Below are positions 30,742-38,249 of a stretch of DNA of 64,000 nt, one piece after another. The notes under the pieces are model-generated. The model saw nothing but the letters and a program-made list of their open reading frames with translations, did no database searches and was not told the DNA's origin. The DNA is from Desulfocapsaceae bacterium (GTDB lineage Bacteria; Desulfobacterota; Desulfobulbia; Desulfobulbales; Desulfocapsaceae): contig JBJKQT010000107.1 of the NCBI GenBank assembly GCA_046705065.1, forward strand, positions 7,836 through 71,835. The letters are read 5' to 3'. The translations under genes were made by a program, and so were the position numbers. The stretch's first letter is position 1; the number at the start of each line of letters is the position of its first letter.

Positions 30742-32022
30742 ATGACGCTGCATTTGTATAAGGGCCTGATGTTTATCCTTGACGGATTGGGAGATCGCCC
30801 GGTTTCGGCAATGGACGGTAAGACGCCTTTAGAGGCAGCCGAGACCCCCGTCATGAACGACCTTCTAACTCGTGGCCGGGGAGGCCTCATGGATCCTTTG
30901 ACCCCCGGCGTCCCGGTGGATACCCATACCGGCACCGCTTTGTTGACAGGTGTATCGGTGAAAAACGCCCGCCTGCTCAAGCGCGGGCCCATTGAGGCCG
31001 CCGGAGCGGGAGTGAAACTGCAGAATGGCGATGTGGCCTTCCGCTGTAATTTCGCAACGATAAAACAGGAAGGCGACGAGTTTTTGATCAGTAACCGGCG
31101 GGCCGGCCGCCTCGGCGAAGAGGCGGTGGCCGAGCTTGCCCGGAGCCTGCAAAAAGTCGATCTGGGCGACGGTATTATTGCCTCTGTCCATCCGGCCACT
31201 CAGCATAGGGCCATCCTCCATCTTACGGGTACCGGACTTTCCTCCATGGTCAGCGATTCCGATCCCATGTCCGGGACACGGATGAAAATAGAAACCGTTG
31301 TTCCGCTGGACCCGCAGAATGCCTCGGCGCAAAGGACGGCCGATGCAATGAACCGGTTCGTCAAAATCGCCCATGCCAGGCTGGAGGATCATCACTTCAA
31401 TCGAGCCCGCAGAGCGTCCGGTGAGCTTGTGGCAAACGGGATAATCTGCCGGGGAGCTGGAGAAATCCTGGATCTCGACAACCTGTTGCATCATCTTGAG
31501 CTGAAAGCGGCATTGATAACGGGAGACTGCACCATTGCCGGGCTCGGCCGGTTGTTGAAACACAGCGTATTTACTTCCCCGCTCTTTACGGCCCTTGCCG
31601 ACACCGACATCGATGCCAAAATCAGCACGGGGCTCGCCGCTTTGAACGAGCATGAGATCGTCTTCATCCATTTGAAGGGCCCTGATATTTGTTCCCATGA
31701 TTTCAACCCGACGGGCAAAAAAGAATTTCTTGAACGGTTTGATAGAGCCCTAGCCGCCGTTCCCACCGAAGACCTGGTTATCGGTATCACAGGGGATCAT
31801 TCCTCGGACAGCGGCTTGGGGGATCATTGCGGAGACCCGGTTCCTTCACTTATATCTGCGCCGCGTGGCCGGCGCGATCTTTGCCTCGAATATGGCGAGA
31901 CCGGATGCTGTTGCGGGGGGCTAGGACGGATAAGCGCCAATAATTTCCTGATAACCATGCTTGATGCCATGGGATGCCTGCACAATTATCGGGCTGAAGA
32001 TACGCAATATTATCCCATATAA
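30742..32022 (+). CDS. apgM: archaeal-type cofactor-independent phosphoglycerate mutase family protein (ApgM, metalloenzyme superfamily)
   Basis: FILDGLGDRP...GKTPLEAAETPVMNDL, DVAFRCNFAT, IHLKGPDICSHD and ITGDHSSDS..GDH.GDPVP metal-site motifs. Confidence 0.7.
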   Translation: MTLHLYKGLMFILDGLGDRPVSAMDGKTPLEAAETPVMNDLLTRGRGGLMDPLTPGVPVDTHTGTALLTGVSVKNARLLKRGPIEAAGAGVKLQNGDVAFRCNFATIKQEGDEFLISNRRAGRLGEEAVAELARSLQKVDLGDGIIASVHPATQHRAILHLTGTGLSSMVSDSDPMSGTRMKIETVVPLDPQNASAQRTADAMNRFVKIAHARLEDHHFNRARRASGELVANGIICRGAGEILDLDNLLHHLELKAALITGDCTIAGLGRLLKHSVFTSPLFTALADTDIDAKISTGLAALNEHEIVFIHLKGPDICSHDFNPTGKKEFLERFDRALAAVPTEDLVIGITGDHSSDSGLGDHCGDPVPSLISAPRGRRDLCLEYGETGCCCGGLGRISANNFLITMLDAMGCLHNYRAEDTQYYPI

Positions 32023-32040
32023 AAATCTTGACTGTGAGAA

Positions 32041-32069
32041 TTGAAAAATTCTGCATATTCTGGTAAGTT
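32041..32069 (+). promoter_or_regulatory. candidate sigma-70 promoter upstream of pstS
   Basis: TTGAAA at 32041-32046, a 17-nt spacer, then TAAGTT at 32064-32069. It overlaps the palindrome AGAATT-GAAA-AATTCT at 32037-32052. Confidence 0.3.
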
Positions 32070-32140
32070 CCCCGGAGCAACGGGAAGGCTGTTTGTGAAT
32101 TAACTGTTTGAATTCTAAAACATAAGAGGGGAAAGAGACG

Positions 32141-33013
32141 ATGAATAGGTTAACTTTGCTGCTTTGCTCGGTACTTTTGCCGGTGCTGTCTGCGACCTCT
32201 GCAGCCGCTGCCGGAACCGTTATTCAGAATAAGGGCTCGGATACTTTGGTCAATGTGGCTCAGACGTGGGCGGAGGCGTACCAAAAGATCAACCCCAATG
32301 TTTCCGTCGCCGTCACCGGGGGAGGATCCGGAACGGGTTTTGCGGCACTTATCAACGGGACCGTCGATATCGCCAATGCCAGCCGCAAGATTAAGAGAAT
32401 CGAAAGGAATATGGCAAAAAAGAACGGCCATGTACCCGTTGAATTCATCGTCGGTTACGATGCCTTGGCTGTCTATATCAATAAAAATAACCCTCTTGAT
32501 TCGGCGAGTCTTGCTCAACTTGCCGGAATTTATGGTGAAAAGGGAAATATTGTTCGCTGGGATCAACTGGGTGTCAAGGTTCCGGGATGTGAGAACCAGG
32601 AGATCATCCGGGTCAGCCGTCAAAACAATTCCGGTACTTATGCTTACTTTCGCGAGACCATCATGGAGAGGCAGGACTATAAGTCCGGTTCGCGGGATAT
32701 GCACGGCTCAAAGGATGTCATAGATTTAGTTGAAAAAACTCCATGCGCCATCGGGTATAGCGGGCTTGCCTATGATACGGATCGGGTGAAGATGCTCTGT
32801 ATTTCCCAAAAGCAAGGAGAAAAATGCGTCGAGCCGTCGGAGGCCACAGCCTCAAACAAAACCTATCCCATCGCCAGACCGCTTTTTATGTACACCAACG
32901 GCAAGCCTACCGGAGATGTGAAACAATATATGGATTGGATCTTAAGCGATGAAGGTCAATGCATCATCAAGAAAAAGGGATATGCACCTGTCCGGCCGGT
33001 TACCTGCAAATAA
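32141..33013 (+). CDS. pstS: phosphate ABC transporter substrate-binding protein PstS family
   Basis: Signal peptide, then GSDTLVNVAQTWAEAYQK..VAVTGGGSGTGFAALINGTVDIANASR. Confidence 0.85.
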   Translation: MNRLTLLLCSVLLPVLSATSAAAAGTVIQNKGSDTLVNVAQTWAEAYQKINPNVSVAVTGGGSGTGFAALINGTVDIANASRKIKRIERNMAKKNGHVPVEFIVGYDALAVYINKNNPLDSASLAQLAGIYGEKGNIVRWDQLGVKVPGCENQEIIRVSRQNNSGTYAYFRETIMERQDYKSGSRDMHGSKDVIDLVEKTPCAIGYSGLAYDTDRVKMLCISQKQGEKCVEPSEATASNKTYPIARPLFMYTNGKPTGDVKQYMDWILSDEGQCIIKKKGYAPVRPVTCK

Positions 33014-33070
33014 CATGGTTGATGTGCAGATGTGACGATACCGGGCGGCCTGCGCCGTCGGAGGGTACTC

Positions 33071-34171
33071 ATGAGTCATTACGAAGAACGTCTGGAGCAT
33101 GACATCTCGGTCATCCGGCAGAAAACCGCGGATCTCGCCGTGAAGGCGGAAAAAGCCATCAAAGATGCGATCCATGCTTTGCTGACAGCCGATCACACCT
33201 TGTCATATGAGACCATCATCAGGGACAATGTAATCAACCGGGACAATGAAGAGATTACCAGGTTGAGTTATGCTTTCATTGCCCGGCATCTCCCCAGTGC
33301 CGGGCATCTCCGCCGGGTCTCCTCTATTCTCCATCTCTGCATCTTTCTTGAAAGAATCGGCGATCAGGCTGTGGGCATCTCCAAAGTTGCAGTCAACCTG
33401 TCCAAGCCTTTGGATGAAAAGATGACCCGGCATGTGCTGGTTCTCGAGGAGGAGTCTCGGCATATGCTGCATCAGGCGATTACCTCTTTCAACGAGGAGA
33501 ATGTCGAATTGGCACGCAGCACGAAGCTTCTCGATACCCAGGTGGACCATACCTTTCAGAATGCCTTTGCCGATCTTTCCGATGAAAAGAACAAAGCAAC
33601 CTGGCCGATAAAAGACCTCCTCGGTTTGCTCTCCGTCTTTTATTCGTTGGAACGCGTCAGCGATCTGTCAAAAAATATCTGTGAGAAAACTATCTTCGCC
33701 GTCTTGGGGGAAACCAAGAAAAGAAAGCCGGTGAAAGTTCTATTTCTCGCTGAATCCGACAACTACTTCTGCCGAATGGCTGAGGCCATCGGGAAAAAAT
33801 CCTTTTCCCGGTGCGGGATATTCTCCCGGGCCGGCCGGAATGACGCCAAAGAGGAAGATGTGGAATTTTCCAGCTTCATGCAGGAGTATGGGCTCGACTA
33901 TGAATCGGGTGAGTGCACTACCGTCGAGATGCTGCCCAGGTTGGATGAGTTTAATGTGATAATCGGATTGCAGGCGCCGGTCTCTTCGTATATTTCGGCG
34001 CTTCCTTTTAACGTCGTGGCCCTTGAATGGCAAGGCCCTCCGATAATGGAGATGGCGACGAGTGGGGATAAGCATAAAGCATTCAAAGAATTATTTCGTT
34101 ATTTGTCAGAAAAAATCCATGATCTGATGGAGATTATGCGAGGTAAGGAGGCTGTTTGTGGCCCAAGCTGA
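33071..34171 (+). CDS. phoU: PhoU-domain protein fused to a degenerate LMW-phosphatase/ArsC-like C-terminal domain
   Basis: A GGAGGG RBS precedes ATG 33071. Two PhoU repeats are present (ERIGDQAV, LERVSDLSKNI). The C-terminal ~140 aa start VKVLFLAESDNYFCRMAEA with an LMW-PTP-like layout. Confidence 0.7.
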   Translation: MSHYEERLEHDISVIRQKTADLAVKAEKAIKDAIHALLTADHTLSYETIIRDNVINRDNEEITRLSYAFIARHLPSAGHLRRVSSILHLCIFLERIGDQAVGISKVAVNLSKPLDEKMTRHVLVLEEESRHMLHQAITSFNEENVELARSTKLLDTQVDHTFQNAFADLSDEKNKATWPIKDLLGLLSVFYSLERVSDLSKNICEKTIFAVLGETKKRKPVKVLFLAESDNYFCRMAEAIGKKSFSRCGIFSRAGRNDAKEEDVEFSSFMQEYGLDYESGECTTVEMLPRLDEFNVIIGLQAPVSSYISALPFNVVALEWQGPPIMEMATSGDKHKAFKELFRYLSEKIHDLMEIMRGKEAVCGPS

Positions 34172-35285
34172 TAAGATCGCCGGCACTTCCCGGGATGACA
34201 GTCGCAATGCCGCCTGGTTCATCGACAAGTCCGTCCAGGTAATGGTTTTTATCGCCGGAATATCCGCGATTCTTTTTATCCTCGGAATTTTTATCTTTAT
34301 CACCAAAGAGGGGATCGGATTTCTCGTCAAATCCGATTATACACTCAGTGAACCCCTTTTCGGGCTCCTTGAGGACAAAGGAATGCCGGATGATCTGCTT
34401 GACGCCCTTTCCCCGTTGGAGGGCAAACCGTTTCACTCGTCGGCTGAGCTTGTCAAGGCCGTGGAAACGACCATCGGAGTGGAAAAGGCCCGCCCCTACG
34501 AACAGCTCATCGCTAAAAATTCCCTCGATAAGCCCTTCAACTTCAAGACGTTTTTTACATCACCCAAATGGGCTCCGACATCCGAAGTCAAACCCGTGTA
34601 CGGAACCTTGGCCCTGATGGCGGGCACGGCGAGTGTGACCGGTTTTGCGATGCTGATCGCCATTCCTTTTTCCATGGGAGCCGCCATTTTTATCGGCGAG
34701 TTCGCAACCGGCAGGAAGCGTGAATTCTTAAAGATTCTTGTGGAGCTGTTGGCCGCCATTCCATCGGTGGTTTGGGGATTTATCGGGCTTTCCATTATGA
34801 ACCCTCTGATCATCAAACTCTTTCATGTGCCCATTGGGCTCAACATTTTAAATGCCGGCCTCATCCTTGGTTTGATGGCGGCGCCGATCATGACCACCAT
34901 CGCGGAAGATGCTTTGAAAGCCGTGCCCGACAAATATCGTGAGGCCGCAGAGGCCATGGGGGCGACACGATGGCAAGTGATCTTCAAAGTGGTGATTCCG
35001 GCTGCCAAGAACGGATTGATGGCGGCTGTGCTCCTCGGAGTGGGGCGCGGTTTCGGCGAGACCATGGCCGTCCTGATGGCCACCGGCCATTCCATCAATC
35101 TGCCCACCAGTATTTTCGATTCTGTACGCGCCATGACAGCAACCATTGCCGCGGAGCTTGGGGAAGCCGCCGTGGGGTCAGACCACTACCGGGCCCTTTT
35201 CACCCTGGGAATCTTTCTCTTTCTCGTGACCTTTCTGATTAACCTGACCGCTGATTTGGTCCTACGTGGGGTACGGAAGGAGTAA
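34158..35285 (+). CDS. pstC: phosphate ABC transporter permease PstC
   Basis: GTG start after an AAGGAGG RBS, overlapping the phoU end by 14 nt. Multi-TM, with the EAA-like segment EDALKAVPDKYREAAEAMGATRWQ. Confidence 0.85.
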   Translation: MAQADKIAGTSRDDSRNAAWFIDKSVQVMVFIAGISAILFILGIFIFITKEGIGFLVKSDYTLSEPLFGLLEDKGMPDDLLDALSPLEGKPFHSSAELVKAVETTIGVEKARPYEQLIAKNSLDKPFNFKTFFTSPKWAPTSEVKPVYGTLALMAGTASVTGFAMLIAIPFSMGAAIFIGEFATGRKREFLKILVELLAAIPSVVWGFIGLSIMNPLIIKLFHVPIGLNILNAGLILGLMAAPIMTTIAEDALKAVPDKYREAAEAMGATRWQVIFKVVIPAAKNGLMAAVLLGVGRGFGETMAVLMATGHSINLPTSIFDSVRAMTATIAAELGEAAVGSDHYRALFTLGIFLFLVTFLINLTADLVLRGVRKE

Positions 35286-35290
35286 ACGCC

Positions 35291-36160
35291 ATGTTTGAAG
35301 CGACCCAGCTCAATATACGCAACAGAAAGGTGGAGAAGCTCTTCAAGATACTGTTCATGTTGATGACGGGCTTGCTCATACTCCCCGTTTTACTGATCCT
35401 GGCCATTCTGACCTATAAAGGCGGGTCCATGGTCAGTATGAATTTTCTCTTTACCAATCCGACTAACGGCATGACGGAGGGTGGAATTTTTCCGGCATTG
35501 ATCGGCACCGTGTGGCTGGTCAGTGTGGCGCTTCTCTTTTCGGTGCCCCTTGGCGTTGCCGCGGCCGTTTATCTCAGTGAATATGCTGGGGATAACTGGC
35601 TTACTCGGATCATTAACCTGGCAATTATCAATCTGGCCGGAGTCCCGTCCATCGTGCATGCCTTGTTCGGTCTGGGAGCCTTTGTTCTCTTTTTCAAATT
35701 CGGCACCAGCATTCTGGCGGCGAGCCTGACTCTCGGAATCATGACCCTTCCTGTGGTGATCGTCTCCACAAAAGAATCACTGCAGGCGGTGCCCCAGGCT
35801 TTCAGAGAGGCCTGCTGGAATATGGGCGCAACCAAATGGCAGACAATTAGAAAGGTCGTTCTTCCCAACTCCATCAGCGGCATCCTGACCGGCATCATTC
35901 TCGAGGTTTCACGTACTGCCGGGGAAACCGCACCGATCATGTTTACAGGAGCCGCCTTCTTTCTTCCCCAGTTGCCGGAATCGATTTTCGACCAGACCAT
36001 GGCCTTGTCTCTCCACTTGTTTGTTATCGCGACGCAGGTTCCCGGTGTGCCGGAGGATTTGCCGTACGGAGTGGCCTTCGTGCTCATTACGATGGTGCTG
36101 CTTATGAATTCACTTTCCATTGCCTTCCGGGTTTATTTGCGCGGCAAGAAGAAATGGTAG
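35291..36160 (+). CDS. pstA: phosphate ABC transporter permease PstA
   Basis: Multi-TM, with ESLQAVPQAFREACWNMGATKWQTIRKVVLP. Confidence 0.85.
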   Translation: MFEATQLNIRNRKVEKLFKILFMLMTGLLILPVLLILAILTYKGGSMVSMNFLFTNPTNGMTEGGIFPALIGTVWLVSVALLFSVPLGVAAAVYLSEYAGDNWLTRIINLAIINLAGVPSIVHALFGLGAFVLFFKFGTSILAASLTLGIMTLPVVIVSTKESLQAVPQAFREACWNMGATKWQTIRKVVLPNSISGILTGIILEVSRTAGETAPIMFTGAAFFLPQLPESIFDQTMALSLHLFVIATQVPGVPEDLPYGVAFVLITMVLLMNSLSIAFRVYLRGKKKW

Positions 36161-36957
36161 GTAAAATAGGGGAAATGATGGCAGAGCCTGCACTTGAAAA
36201 AAAACCGGTGAAGCTTGAAGTGGAAGATGTCGCTGTGACCTACGGCGGCAAAACTGTCTTGAGCGGTGTTACCTTCAATATCCATGAACATGAGATATTC
36301 GGCATCATCGGTCCGGCGAACAGTGGCAAAACATCTTTTTTAAAGACGCTGAACCGGATGGACATTTTCGATCCTTTCATGAAATTTAGCGGCTGTATCA
36401 GGTTCAGCGGCAAAGATATCCGAAAATGGCGCAATGTCTACAGCCTACGCAAACGTATCGGAGTCGTCTTTCCTCTGCCCGTTGGGCTGCCGTTGACGAT
36501 CTATGAAAACGTCGCTTTCGCACCACGGCTCTCCGGTATCACCGCAAAGGAAGATCTGGACATCATCGTCGAACGATGTCTTGCCCGGGCAGCTTTGTGG
36601 GATGAAGTCAAAGACAGGCTGAATTCGCTCGGCAGCCTGCTCTCCGGCGGCCAGCAACAACGTCTGACGATTGCGAGGGCTCTTTCTCAGGAGCCGGAGA
36701 TGCTGATGCTTGACGAGTTTTCCATCGCCGTAGACCCGGTCACCACCATGCGGATTGAGGATGTTTTGAAAGAGTTGAAAAGGGAGATGACCATCATCCT
36801 TGTCACCAATCTTGTGCAGCAGGCGAGACGGCTTGCCGACCGCACGGCCCTTTTTTTGGGCGGTGAGGTGGTCGAAGTGGGGATCACCGAAGATCTGTTT
36901 GCAGGAGAGGTAAAGGATTCGCGAACCAAAGATTATTTAGCTGGAAGGTTTGGTTGA
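36154..36957 (+). CDS. pstB: phosphate ABC transporter ATP-binding protein, divergent paralog (Q-loop and H-loop substituted)
   Basis: Walker A GPANSGKTS, signature LSGGQQQRLTIAR, Walker B MLMLDE, PstB-type C-terminus KDYLAGRFG. The Q-loop position reads VVFPLP and the H-loop reads LVTNLV. Alternative starts lie at 36175 and 36178. Confidence 0.8.
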   Translation: MVGKIGEMMAEPALEKKPVKLEVEDVAVTYGGKTVLSGVTFNIHEHEIFGIIGPANSGKTSFLKTLNRMDIFDPFMKFSGCIRFSGKDIRKWRNVYSLRKRIGVVFPLPVGLPLTIYENVAFAPRLSGITAKEDLDIIVERCLARAALWDEVKDRLNSLGSLLSGGQQQRLTIARALSQEPEMLMLDEFSIAVDPVTTMRIEDVLKELKREMTIILVTNLVQQARRLADRTALFLGGEVVEVGITEDLFAGEVKDSRTKDYLAGRFG

Positions 36958-36962
36958 GAGCC

Positions 36963-37748
36963 ATGATCATGGAACAGGAAAACAAGCTTGCAGTGGAAAC
37001 CGTTGCACTGAACCTTTGGTATGGCACCTTCCAGGCCTTGACCAATGTTAACCTAAAGATTAAAAAAGGAATTATAACTTCTTTGATCGGGCCGTCGGGT
37101 TGCGGCAAGTCCACTCTTCTCCGGAGTATTAACCGGATCAACGAGAGGCTTGGCTATGTCCGGGTGGAAGGGTCCGTCAAGGTCATGGATGCCAACATCT
37201 ATGACTCCGGTGTCGAGCCGGTCCAGTTGCGGAAACAAGTCGGGATGGTCTTTCAGCGTCCCAACCCGTTGCCCCTGTCCATTAGAGAAAATATCTTGTT
37301 CGGTCATAAGCTGCACACGCCGTTTTCTCTGAAGATAAAAAAGCAGAGGCAAGACGAGATCGTCGAGGAGGCGTTAACACAGGTACTTCTCTGGGACCAG
37401 GTCAAAGACCGATTGAAACGCAAGGCCACGTCTCTTTCATTGGAGGAGCAGCAGAAGCTCTGTATTGCCCGGCTTCTTCCGGCAAAACCGGAAATCCTGC
37501 TGATGGATGAACCTTGCTCGGCCCTGGATCCAAAAGGGACCGAGGCCGTTGAGGAGCTTATATGGGATCTCAGAGGTCAATACACCATAATGATTGTGAC
37601 ACACAACATGGCTCAGGCCCGCCGGGCCAGCGATGAATGCGCCTTTATGCTCATGGGAGAGCTCATCGAACATGAGACGACGGAGGAAATATTCGTTACC
37701 CCGAAGGATACAAAAACAGCTGATTATATTGAAGGAAGATATGGTTGA
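36963..37748 (+). CDS. pstB: phosphate ABC transporter ATP-binding protein (degenerate signature motif)
   Basis: Walker A GPSGCGKST, Q-loop MVFQRPNP, Walker B LLMDEPCSALDP, H-loop VTHNM, C-terminus ADYIEGRYG. The signature reads LSLEEQQK instead of LSGGQQQR. Confidence 0.85.
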   Translation: MIMEQENKLAVETVALNLWYGTFQALTNVNLKIKKGIITSLIGPSGCGKSTLLRSINRINERLGYVRVEGSVKVMDANIYDSGVEPVQLRKQVGMVFQRPNPLPLSIRENILFGHKLHTPFSLKIKKQRQDEIVEEALTQVLLWDQVKDRLKRKATSLSLEEQQKLCIARLLPAKPEILLMDEPCSALDPKGTEAVEELIWDLRGQYTIMIVTHNMAQARRASDECAFMLMGELIEHETTEEIFVTPKDTKTADYIEGRYG

Positions 37749-37799
37749 TTGGTAGGTTTTACTTGTTGTCCCGGGGAGTTGCAAGAAAAGGGAGATACA

Positions 37800-38072
37800 A
37801 TGGAAATCATCATCGGTTCAATACCGCCCATGGGGCCGTCGCCGCCCAAACCAACGGCAGAGACTGGCCCTGCCGTTGAGGCGCAACTTCTGCATATTCG
37901 TCCGCCCCGTAAAGGAATAGCCGGACCTTCCGGGGTTGAACGACGGGGAAAAAAGGTCAACGATCCCATAAAAGGACGGGTGCTCACTATTCTCGTTCCC
38001 GACGGGGACTTACTTCCTAAAGATATCGCTGCCGAAAAATATAAGGTGGTTCTGCGTTTTATCCGCAAATAA
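37800..38072 (+). CDS. small hypothetical protein with Pro-rich N-terminus
   Basis: An AAGGGAG RBS lies 6 nt before ATG 37800. The gene is 90 aa, and I recognise no family. Confidence 0.4.
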   Translation: MEIIIGSIPPMGPSPPKPTAETGPAVEAQLLHIRPPRKGIAGPSGVERRGKKVNDPIKGRVLTILVPDGDLLPKDIAAEKYKVVLRFIRK

Positions 38073-38249
38073 AAAGACAGGGCATCCTTGGTTCAAAGAA
38101 TATATTGAGAAAAACAAGTACAAACCCATAGTACTCCAGTACATCACTATGCCGGCGGACCTGCGGAAGAAACTCGATTACGCCACCAGACTTGACCGCA
38201 GGTGAGGTCTTATTTTTCCATTGCTTGCCTTTGTCGAGGTCCGGTCGTC

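Noticed and set aside
29986-31698. Minus-strand ORFs 29986..30753 (255 aa) and 30865..31698 (277 aa).
   Set aside because: They are antisense shadows of the 2PGK-like and ApgM genes, with no motifs and biased composition.
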